A stretch of 63,786 bases of DNA, the filler included, from Candidatus Woesearchaeota archaeon (lineage in GTDB: Archaea > Nanobdellota > Nanobdellia > SCGC-AAA011-G17 > CAYFGV01): NCBI GenBank assembly GCA_964342845.1. It is 3 parts of 3 records of this genome, joined end to end, with 100 filler letters (N's around TTAATTAATTAA, not from the genome) between each part and the next. Parts side by side here need not be neighbours in the genome. Positions count along the whole stretch, not along the records: positions 1 to 28,524 come from CAYFGV010000007.1; positions 28,625 to 53,108 come from CAYFGV010000008.1; 1 more part is not named here. One strand, written 5' to 3'. Below are positions 28,240-36,099 of the stretch, in pieces (the stretch's first letter is position 1; each line of letters starts with the position of its first letter). The notes below the pieces were generated by a model, which saw only the letters and a program-made list of their open reading frames with translations, was not told the origin of the DNA and did not search any database. The position numbers and the translations under genes are program-made.

Positions 28240-28524
28240 CTACTCTTTCAAAGAAATAATAGCCTCAGCAATATCTCCACCACTTTCTTCCAAAGCTTTT
28301 AAAGCTTCTTCTCTAGAAACACCAGCTTGTTCCATTACAGTTTTAATATCTTCTTCGTTCAAAGAAGTTCTTTCTGAAATCTCTCCTGAGATTTGAAAAG
28401 TTTCCTGGCCCATCATATTAACTTTCAAAACCTGAGGATTACTAATGACTAATTCTTTATCAGAACATTTAATAACAACTTCAGAAGCATTAATTTCTTC
28501 TTGTTTAACACCCATTCGCTTCAT
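28240..28524 (-). CDS. nac: Nascent polypeptide-associated complex protein (5' end in gap)
   Basis: MKRMGVKQEEI..MGQETFQISG, UBA-like EDIKTVMEQAGVSREEALKALEESGGDIAEAI. Confidence 0.95.
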   Translation of the reverse strand: MKRMGVKQEEINASEVVIKCSDKELVISNPQVLKVNMMGQETFQISGEISERTSLNEEDIKTVMEQAGVSREEALKALEESGGDIAEAIISLKE

Positions 28525-28624
28525 NNNNNNNNNNNNNNNNNNNNNNNNNNNNNNNNNNNNNNNNNNNNTTAATTAATTAANNNNNNNNNNNNNNNNNNNN
28601 NNNNNNNNNNNNNNNNNNNNNNNN
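28525..28624. other. Assembly gap with artificial linker (44N-TTAATTAATTAA-44N)
   Basis: The 12-mer has stops in all six frames and is centred in the Ns. An identical structure occurs at 53109-53208. Confidence 0.95.
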
Positions 28625-28839
28625 CCGACTCATCCTTAGGCCTTGCGTTTAAAGGAAAGTGCATTCCAGCATCAATCCAATATTGGGTATTAGCTTCAAT
28701 TTCTCGAAGTTATCCCCAACCTAAGGGCAGATTATCGACGTGTTACTGAGCCTTTCGCCGGTGGTTCCGAAGAACCCCCTAACTTGCATGGCTAAATGGA
28801 ATCCAGATAGCAGCAATCTCCCGCAGGATCAACGGGATT
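28625..28839 (-). rRNA. rrs: 16S rRNA gene, 5' ~215 nt (rest lost in gap)
   Basis: ATCCCGTTGATCCTGCGGGA..GCCATGCAAGT..GGCTCAGTAACACGT..GGGATAAC..GCTAATACC. Confidence 0.96.
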
Positions 28840-29003
28840 TAAATGATCGCAAAAAATTATTAAAGCTCACTTCACTAGTCTATGCTTAAATCTGTACATC
28901 ATACTTAATGATTTATTAAGTATTCATGAATTCTTTCAGAAGATATTTGTTACCTTCTTCATAAGAAACAAAAGTTAAGATAAGAACTTGTTTATAAACA
29001 TTA

Positions 29004-29111
29004 CTATTTGGCTCTTGCTCTTCTTTTTCTTTTTTCTTTGTTCATTTTCTTACGTTGCCACTTCCATCTCATCTGTCCTTTCTTCTTCCATCTTCTTGAA
29101 CTTCGTTTCAT
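29004..29111 (-). CDS. rpl41e: Ribosomal protein eS32/aL41-like (35 aa)
   Basis: MKRSSRRWKKKGQMRWKWQRKKMNKEKRKRRARAK, matching the archaeal WKKKGxMRWKW pattern. TATA upstream. Confidence 0.82.
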   Translation of the reverse strand: MKRSSRRWKKKGQMRWKWQRKKMNKEKRKRRARAK

Positions 29112-29204
29112 GTAGAAAAACAACAAAAATCTAGGTTTATATAGATTTCGATTTAAAATAAGTTTTTAGGTGATTGAAGAATAAAACATACATAGAAAAT
29201 ACTA

Positions 29205-29279
29205 TGCCCCCGCCGAGATTCGAACTCGGGTCTTTGCCTCGAAAGGGCAAAATGATTGACCGGACTACACCACAAGGGC
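29205..29279 (-). tRNA. tRNA-Glu(TTC), no intron
   Basis: GCCCTTG/CGGGGGC-A acceptor, TTGCC-CTTTCGA-GGCAA anticodon arm. Confidence 0.95.
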
Positions 29280-29331
29280 ATTACTAAAAAATAAGAATTT
29301 ATCTCCTTTATAAAACTTTTTAAAATAAAAC

Positions 29332-29454
29332 TGGGCCTGGTGAGATTTGAACTCACGACCCCTGGCTGTCTTAAACAACCTTGAATGTCTGGCCGCCATA
29401 TAAGACTTACACTCGTAAAGATCAGTGCTCTAGACCAGACTGAGCTACAGGCCC
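29332..29454 (-). tRNA. tRNA-Ile(TAT) with two introns: 16 nt at 29/30 (29407-29422) and 31 nt at 37/38 (29368-29398)
   Basis: GGGCCTG/CAGGCCC-A acceptor. Both introns have complete BHB motifs. Splicing gives CTGGT-CTTATAA-GCCAG and a 76-nt tRNA. Confidence 0.86.
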
Positions 29455-29479
29455 TTTAAAACAAATGAGAAAAAAAGAA

Positions 29480-30973
29480 CTATTTAAAGTTTCTCTTTTT
29501 AAAAATACTTCTAACTAACTCTCTATAACTACTCCCTCTTTTCTTCAAATAAAAATAATTAACTACTAGCAAAATGAATACTAGTGCTATAACAAGAACA
29601 CTTACGAAAAACATAGGCTCTACATCCTCCATTGCTACACCAAATCCTGTAAATAATTTTTGGAAACCTGTTATATTTCCTGTTTGGTTAGTATCTATAT
29701 TTTCAACAATTCCTTCTGCAATTACTTCTTCTGCGCTACTACCTTCTGCAACAGTTTCAGCAACATCTTCTGAAGAAGTAGTTTGTTCGCTAGATTCACT
29801 TCCACTATCTTCTGAAGAATCAGAAGAAGATGTTTCTTCGGTTGATTCTTCTCTTGGTGGAGCATCTAAGATATTAAAAACAATAGACTCAGAGTCACTT
29901 AAAACTCCGTCGCTAACAGAAATTTCAACACTATGATTGCCTGTATCTCCTGATGTAAAATTAATCTCCCCGCTTGAACTATTAATATCAAATAAACTAG
30001 TGTTGTCTGAAAAAGTTAAAATATCTCCGTCAGCATCAGTAGCATCTACATCATGATAAAACCATTCGTCTTCTGTGAATTCTTGATCTCCTATGTTTGT
30101 TAGAACTGGAGCAGAATTACTACTAGTGTTACTCTCGCTTACATTATATGTTAGATTTAAATATTCTAGGTTTGGCGTAGAGAGACCATCAGAAACTAAG
30201 TCTGCCTTAAATTTTATTTTAGCTGTGTCTGTAGCTAATCCTAACAAATTAAAATCAATAGGCACATCTACCCAACCATTGCCGATGTTATAATCATAAC
30301 TAACATCTTCTGTTGTTGAAACATCTAAACTGATCCAATTAATTAAATTACTGACATTTAAAAATTCTGTTTCTATGCTTCCTTCTGAGAAATATTTTGT
30401 TTCAACACTAATATCATCTATAATTGGTGTTTGACTGTTATCAGAAATTAGTTCGACTTTATATTGGAAGTATCTTCCGTTAGAGCTAAGATTCTCATTG
30501 TTACTAGCAACAACCCATTCACCTAAGGAATCTCCTGTTTTATAACTAACAGTAATTGTTTGGTTATTTAATGTTTCACTCCAAGAGAGACTACCCCATA
30601 AAGTAGAATTATGATCTGAATCATATATTTCAGAAATATATTCTCCTGAAGAATAATAACTTCCATTAACTAAGTTAAGTCTTATGTCATTTTGGCTTAA
30701 ATTAATGTTAGTGTTGTTGCTTCCTACGAATTCAGAATGTAAAAAACCAGCTGGTTTAAGTAAAGCAATATATCCTTGGGAAAAATTTATTGAACTTGAG
30801 TAATTATAACTATTAGAATCTGAAAAATTCCATAAAGCTGTCTTAATTAATTCACCACCACCAATACCTGGATCATAAATAGAATATCCTACGAATTCGT
30901 TTAGTCCTAAACCTATGAAAAACAAAAAGATTAAGAGTACAGTAAAAACCAAATACTTATCACCTCTTCTCAT
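29480..30973 (-). CDS. Surface protein with beta-sandwich domains and a cadherin/Ig-like domain, N- and C-terminal TM
   Basis: NSAPVL..DATDADGDILTFS..VSDG cadherin-like motif, many N-x-S/T sequons. Confidence 0.85.
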   Translation of the reverse strand: MRRGDKYLVFTVLLIFLFFIGLGLNEFVGYSIYDPGIGGGELIKTALWNFSDSNSYNYSSSINFSQGYIALLKPAGFLHSEFVGSNNTNINLSQNDIRLNLVNGSYYSSGEYISEIYDSDHNSTLWGSLSWSETLNNQTITVSYKTGDSLGEWVVASNNENLSSNGRYFQYKVELISDNSQTPIIDDISVETKYFSEGSIETEFLNVSNLINWISLDVSTTEDVSYDYNIGNGWVDVPIDFNLLGLATDTAKIKFKADLVSDGLSTPNLEYLNLTYNVSESNTSSNSAPVLTNIGDQEFTEDEWFYHDVDATDADGDILTFSDNTSLFDINSSSGEINFTSGDTGNHSVEISVSDGVLSDSESIVFNILDAPPREESTEETSSSDSSEDSGSESSEQTTSSEDVAETVAEGSSAEEVIAEGIVENIDTNQTGNITGFQKLFTGFGVAMEDVEPMFFVSVLVIALVFILLVVNYFYLKKRGSSYRELVRSIFKKRNFK

Positions 30974-31012
30974 ACTAAAAATAAGTTTGTTCTTATTTAA
31001 ATAGTTTTTCTT

Positions 31013-32251
31013 TTAATAATAGCTTATTTTGTCTATCTCTAACAAAGTTCCTTTTTCAACTTCAATAACTAATCTATATGAATTTCCAGTTAACCTTCTT
31101 GTAATATAACAAGTATCTTCACACTCATTTTCAAATTTGTATACTTTTTCTCCTTTTATATCGCTTTTTTTTATAGTTGGTTTTTCTTCAATAGCTGACA
31201 CAAAAATTAATTTATTAGTTTCATTAATGACTTCTTGTTCTTCTAAAATATTTCCTCCGGTTATACTATCTAGCCCTTCTTCTTCAATAACCTCTTCTTT
31301 GACTTTATTATAAACATTAAATTTAACCTCTTTGCTAATAACTTCACCTAGCTCAAAAAATAGAGTATGTTCTCCATTTTCTAGATTATTACTGTCTATA
31401 ACAAAATCAACAATACCTAAACTTTTTTCTATGTCATAAGAATTTCTTTCAATACTGTCAACAAACAACTTAAGTTTATAATTACTCCCTTTGTTAATTT
31501 CATACCTAGCAATAGCAAAAAATGAACCTTCTATTTCTGATTCGTTAATAGGTTGGACTAACTCTAAGATAATATCTTCTAACATACAATTATTTTCAAA
31601 ACAATAGTGATCTTCATCACATTCTGAATCTTCTAAGCAGTCCACGTTGACACAAATATTTTCTTCACAAATAGCATTAGCACAATCAGAATTGTCTAAA
31701 CATTCTACTTCAAGACATGCGTTGTCTGAGCATATTTCCTTTCCTTCACAATCTAAGTCACTTAAACAACCATTTATATTTGTGCATAAACCTTCTTCGC
31801 AAACTTCTCCTTGATCACAATTTTCATCAACATAACATTCTACTTCAACAATACATAATCCATCATCACAAATTTCTCCTTGATCACAATCTGTGTCTTG
31901 AGAGCAAAAACTACCTACAACAAATCCTGTTACTGGTATTATGCCTAGAGATTTTTTCTCTTGATTACTAAATACTAATAGTTTATTATTTGTTTCATCT
32001 TGAATGTGAATACTAACATCTCCTTCTCCTATAACCCTTCCTGTGATTCTAAGTGATGATAAATCAATAGAACTAGTGTCATCTAAACCTATGAACATTT
32101 CTTGACTTTCAATAGCATAAAAATCCATTGGTTCTTCTATAAATGGAGCAGAAATATGCCCAGTAATACCAGAATCAGAATAGTATAAACTACTAAAAAC
32201 TAAACCAAATAATAAAATTACAAAAAGAGTAGGTAAAACTTTTTTTTGCAT
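31013..32251 (-). CDS. Membrane-anchored protein with tandem Cys-rich (CxxDxDC) repeats
   Basis: Five C-x2-D/N-x2-C-x3-5-C-x4-C units. SD AGAGGTG upstream. Confidence 0.85.
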   Translation of the reverse strand: MQKKVLPTLFVILLFGLVFSSLYYSDSGITGHISAPFIEEPMDFYAIESQEMFIGLDDTSSIDLSSLRITGRVIGEGDVSIHIQDETNNKLLVFSNQEKKSLGIIPVTGFVVGSFCSQDTDCDQGEICDDGLCIVEVECYVDENCDQGEVCEEGLCTNINGCLSDLDCEGKEICSDNACLEVECLDNSDCANAICEENICVNVDCLEDSECDEDHYCFENNCMLEDIILELVQPINESEIEGSFFAIARYEINKGSNYKLKLFVDSIERNSYDIEKSLGIVDFVIDSNNLENGEHTLFFELGEVISKEVKFNVYNKVKEEVIEEEGLDSITGGNILEEQEVINETNKLIFVSAIEEKPTIKKSDIKGEKVYKFENECEDTCYITRRLTGNSYRLVIEVEKGTLLEIDKISYY

Positions 32252-32406
32252 CTAACACCTCTTTTACAAAATATGTATTGTATTTTAATAATACTTATAT
32301 ATTAACCTTTTTATTTTTGATTTTTCTTAGATATGTTTGACTGCAATAAAGCTTATATAATAGGCAGGACTTTTGATTCTCACAAATTACCCCTTGCATT
32401 TATAAA

Positions 32407-33564
32407 ATGAATACAAAAATATATAATCCAAAGATATTAAACCTCTTGTATGAACTTTCTAAAGTAAATAAATTAATGAGTAAAAGGGAAATTTCAAGAA
32501 CAATTAAAATAAATGGGAAAAACGTAAGTGAAAAGACTGTAATTAATTGGTTTAAATTCTTAAAGAAAAAATATACATTTAATAATGAATTAATTGACAA
32601 ATTTACTTACTTTTATAAAATACCTTATGAAAAATTTGGTTTGCACTCGATATGTGTAATTTATAACAATCCTACTCAAGAAATCTTACATAAATTTAAA
32701 TTTAAAAATTATGCGGCTTGGTTATATGATCCATCATTAAAAAAAAGAGTATTGTTAGTAAGTTATTTTGTTCCTCCCACTTTATTGAAACAATTCTTAG
32801 AGATAATTAAAAAAGAAGATTGTAATATTACTGAACTAAATACTTCTTTTCATCTTTATTCTCCTCTTCATAAAACAATAAATAAAGAAGGCAGGTTTAC
32901 TCCATTACAAGAAGTTACAAAAGATCTAGATTCTCAAATTGAATTATTAAAAAATTATCTTAGGAAACCATATAAAATAGGATTAATCGAGGAAATAAAA
33001 GAAAATCCTTTCTTTATACCTGTTTTATTTGAATATTGTTATCAAAATTATTCTTCGAGAGAAGCATGGTTTGCGATAAAATCAAAATTAGGTGAAAGAA
33101 TTTGGGATTATCATAAAAGGAGAAGAACGCAAACAGATGATTCTGGAATAAAGAAAATACAACAAACAATCCGTTCAATACAACAAACAAACTTAAACCA
33201 TCAAACAAAAGTTATCTATTATCCTTTAGAGGTTAACAGCCATTCATTTATCTATTGGCAAATTAATTTTAAAAAAGAACAAAATATAATAAAAACAATA
33301 AAAGAATTAGTAAAAAATAATGTATATATAAGTATTGTTCCTAATACTATAAAGAATAAATTTCTTTTAATAACTCTTGGAGATAACCAAAGCTTAACAA
33401 AAACTCTCTCTTTGATAGAAGACATAGAAATAGAAAGAATGCTTTTCTTAGATCCTGAAAAATCATCCCACATTTTTAGAAACGAAGATAGTTACAAATT
33501 TAAATATGCTGAGTTATTTGATCCAATAGAAAAGTGTTGGAATTATAATAAAGAAATTAATTAA
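32407..33564 (+). CDS. Large Lrp/AsnC-like multidomain transcriptional regulator
   Basis: N-terminal HTH (SKREISR..VSEKTVINWF), YEKFGL linker, second HTH-like region. The family call is tentative. Confidence 0.6.
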   Translation: MNTKIYNPKILNLLYELSKVNKLMSKREISRTIKINGKNVSEKTVINWFKFLKKKYTFNNELIDKFTYFYKIPYEKFGLHSICVIYNNPTQEILHKFKFKNYAAWLYDPSLKKRVLLVSYFVPPTLLKQFLEIIKKEDCNITELNTSFHLYSPLHKTINKEGRFTPLQEVTKDLDSQIELLKNYLRKPYKIGLIEEIKENPFFIPVLFEYCYQNYSSREAWFAIKSKLGERIWDYHKRRRTQTDDSGIKKIQQTIRSIQQTNLNHQTKVIYYPLEVNSHSFIYWQINFKKEQNIIKTIKELVKNNVYISIVPNTIKNKFLLITLGDNQSLTKTLSLIEDIEIERMLFLDPEKSSHIFRNEDSYKFKYAELFDPIEKCWNYNKEIN

Positions 33565-33893
33565 ATCTTATTTTTTAAAACAAATAATGGGTCTTCACTA
33601 ATATCTGCAATGAGCATGCCTCCTCCGCCAGGATTACCCCCACTTCCGCTTCCAAAGTCATATCTTAAAGCAGAATTACCTGCCTCACCAATATTATTAG
33701 GTTTAAATTCAAAACAATAACTTAAAGCATAAGGCCCTCCTCCACCAGGATTTCCATCATCAACAGAATCAAAGTCACACAATTTATAAAGAGTTTTTAT
33801 CTTTTCTCCCACAGGGTTATTAGCAGATACAGACCCCACTAGTAAAAACAATATAATTAGAACTAAACCAGATAACACTAATTTTTTGTCCAT
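33561..33893 (-). CDS. Small secreted protein with two GNPGGGG repeats
   Basis: Signal peptide ending VSA, then DFDSVDDGNPGGGG and DFGSGSGGNPGGGG. Confidence 0.75.
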   Translation of the reverse strand: MDKKLVLSGLVLIILFLLVGSVSANNPVGEKIKTLYKLCDFDSVDDGNPGGGGPYALSYCFEFKPNNIGEAGNSALRYDFGSGSGGNPGGGGMLIADISEDPLFVLKNKI

Positions 33894-33947
33894 AATGTTT
33901 TATCAAAATACCTAAGTATTTATAAACTTTGTGTAATTACTATAGGT

Positions 33948-35138
33948 ATGTTAATAGGTATAATAGGAAAACCTTCATCAGGAAAATCAACATTTTTTAA
34001 GGCTGCTACATTAGCAGAAGTTTTAATAGCTAATTATCCTTTTGCCACAATAAAACCAAATCATGGTATAGGTTACGTAAAAATAGATTGTGTTGATAAG
34101 GAATTGAGTGTTTCTTGTAATCCTCGTGAAGGATTTTGTATTAAGAATAAAAGATTTGTATCTATAGATTTATTGGATGTTGCGGGGCTTGTTCCTGGGG
34201 CACACAAAGGTTTAGGTATGGGTAATCAGTTCCTAGAAGATCTAAGACCTGCAGATTTATTAATTCATGTTGTTGATATTTCTGGATCAACAAATGAAAA
34301 AGGAGAACCAGTTAAAGCTTTATCTTACGATCCTTTAAAGGATGTTTTATTCTTAGAAGAAGAATTAGATATGTGGTATTTTCAAATTTTGAAGAGAGGT
34401 TGGGAAAAATTCGCTCGTTCAGTTCAACAAGAAAAGAAATCAATTGTTATTAGTTTAGCAAAACAATTGTCTGCTTTAAAAATAACAGAAGAAGTTGTTA
34501 AAGAATCAATTAAAGGATTTTCTGAAGATGTAGTTAATTGGACAGATGAAGATTTGAAAAAACTAGCTTCTGTTTTAAGGAAGAAAACAAAACCTATTAT
34601 CATTGCAGCAAACAAAATAGATGTTCCGGGAGCAGAAAAGAATTTAGAGAGGATAAAAGAAAATTTTTCAGAAGAAATAATTTTTCCTTGTTCTGCAGAG
34701 TCTGAATTAGCTTTAAGAGAAGCAGCAAAAAAAGAATTAATATCTTATATTCCTGGAGAAAAGCATTTTGAAATATTACAAAAGAAGAAATTAACAGAAA
34801 AACAATTAAAAGCTTTAAAATTTGTTAATAGTAATATTTTAAAGAAATTTGAGTCAACAGGTGTTCAAAATATTCTTGACTTAGCTGTTTTTGAAATATT
34901 AAAATATATAGCTGTTTTTCCGGGAGGTGTTAATAATTTAACAGATTCAGAAGGAAGAGTTTTACCAGACTGCTTTTTACTTCCAGAAAATTCAACAGCC
35001 TTAGATTTTGCTTACAAATTACACACAGATTTCGGGAAAAACTTTATAAGAGCTATAAATGTTAAAACAAAAAGAACAATAGGAAAAGATTATGTTTTAA
35101 AGAACAGAGATGTAATCGAAATAATATCAGGAAAATGA
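33948..35138 (+). CDS. ychF: Obg-like ATPase/GTPase, archaeal YchF/Ola1 family
   Basis: GKPSSGKST, NYPFATI, DVAGL, NKID, C-terminal TGS domain. Confidence 0.93.
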   Translation: MLIGIIGKPSSGKSTFFKAATLAEVLIANYPFATIKPNHGIGYVKIDCVDKELSVSCNPREGFCIKNKRFVSIDLLDVAGLVPGAHKGLGMGNQFLEDLRPADLLIHVVDISGSTNEKGEPVKALSYDPLKDVLFLEEELDMWYFQILKRGWEKFARSVQQEKKSIVISLAKQLSALKITEEVVKESIKGFSEDVVNWTDEDLKKLASVLRKKTKPIIIAANKIDVPGAEKNLERIKENFSEEIIFPCSAESELALREAAKKELISYIPGEKHFEILQKKKLTEKQLKALKFVNSNILKKFESTGVQNILDLAVFEILKYIAVFPGGVNNLTDSEGRVLPDCFLLPENSTALDFAYKLHTDFGKNFIRAINVKTKRTIGKDYVLKNRDVIEIISGK

Positions 35139-36094
35139 TAACATTAGGAATTGAAAGCACAGCCCATACATTTGGAGCCTCAATAGTAAAAAACAATAAA
35201 GTTCTTTCTAATGAGAAGATTGCTTACACAACTGAATCTGGCGGAATTATTCCGATAGAAGCAGCTAAATTTCATGAAAAGAATTATAAAAATGTGTTGC
35301 AATCTGCTTTAGATAAGGCATCTGTTAAATTGGAGGATATTAATCTAATTGCATTTTCAAATGCTCCTGGTTTAGGACCTTGTTTAAGAGTTGGGTTAAA
35401 TGTGACAAAAGAACTCCATCAAAAATATAAAATTCCTTATATTGGAGTTAACCATTGCATAGCTCATTTGGTTGTAGGCACAACCCTAACAAAAGCTAAA
35501 GACCCTGTTTTACTTTATGCTTCTGGTGCAAATACGCAAATAATAGCATTAGAAGGGAACAAATATAGAATATTTGGTGAGACACTAGATATGGGTGCAG
35601 GAAATTTCTTAGATTCTTTTGCTCGTTTTATAGGTTTGGGTTTTCCAGGAGGTCCAAAACTATATGAATTGTCTCTAAAATCTAAAAAATATATTAAATT
35701 ACCTTATTCAGTAAAAGGAATGGATGTTTCTTTTACAGGGATGTTAACAAAACTAAAACAACTATCAAAGAATGGGAAAAAGGAAGACTTAGCATATTCT
35801 CTACAAGAAACAGCGTTTGCAATGTTATTAGAAGTTTCAGAAAGAGCACTAGCACATACAAACAAAAAAGAACTTTTATTGGGTGGAGGAGTAGCTTGCA
35901 GTAAAAAGTTACAAGAAATGGCAAAAATAATGTGTAAGGAAAGAAACGCTAAATGTTTTATTCCAGAAAATCAATTTTTATTGGATAATGCAGCTATGAT
36001 TGCTTTAACGGGTCAAAAATTTTATAAGAAAAATAAAAAATATCCTTTAGATATATTCCCTTATCAAAGAACAGATGAAGTTGTGGTTGAATAG
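35135..36094 (+). CDS. kae1: t6A threonylcarbamoyltransferase Kae1
   Basis: LGIESTAHT, HCIAH, SGANTQ, GETLD, DNAAMIA, QRTDEV. Confidence 0.96.
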   Translation: MITLGIESTAHTFGASIVKNNKVLSNEKIAYTTESGGIIPIEAAKFHEKNYKNVLQSALDKASVKLEDINLIAFSNAPGLGPCLRVGLNVTKELHQKYKIPYIGVNHCIAHLVVGTTLTKAKDPVLLYASGANTQIIALEGNKYRIFGETLDMGAGNFLDSFARFIGLGFPGGPKLYELSLKSKKYIKLPYSVKGMDVSFTGMLTKLKQLSKNGKKEDLAYSLQETAFAMLLEVSERALAHTNKKELLLGGGVACSKKLQEMAKIMCKERNAKCFIPENQFLLDNAAMIALTGQKFYKKNKKYPLDIFPYQRTDEVVVE

Positions 36095-36099
36095 ATTTT

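Noticed and set aside
28569..28580. TTAATTAATTAA palindrome inside N runs (also 53153-53164)
   Set aside because: Artificial six-frame-stop contig linker. Adjacency across these gaps is not reliable.
29153..29356. 67-aa minus-strand ORF
   Set aside because: It overlaps tRNA-Glu and tRNA-Ile.
29405..29426. Reading the tRNA at 29332-29454 as an ochre suppressor (TTA) or Val(TAC)
   Set aside because: Those triplets lie within the 16-nt BHB-bounded intron. Only the doubly spliced form gives a fully paired anticodon stem (TAT).
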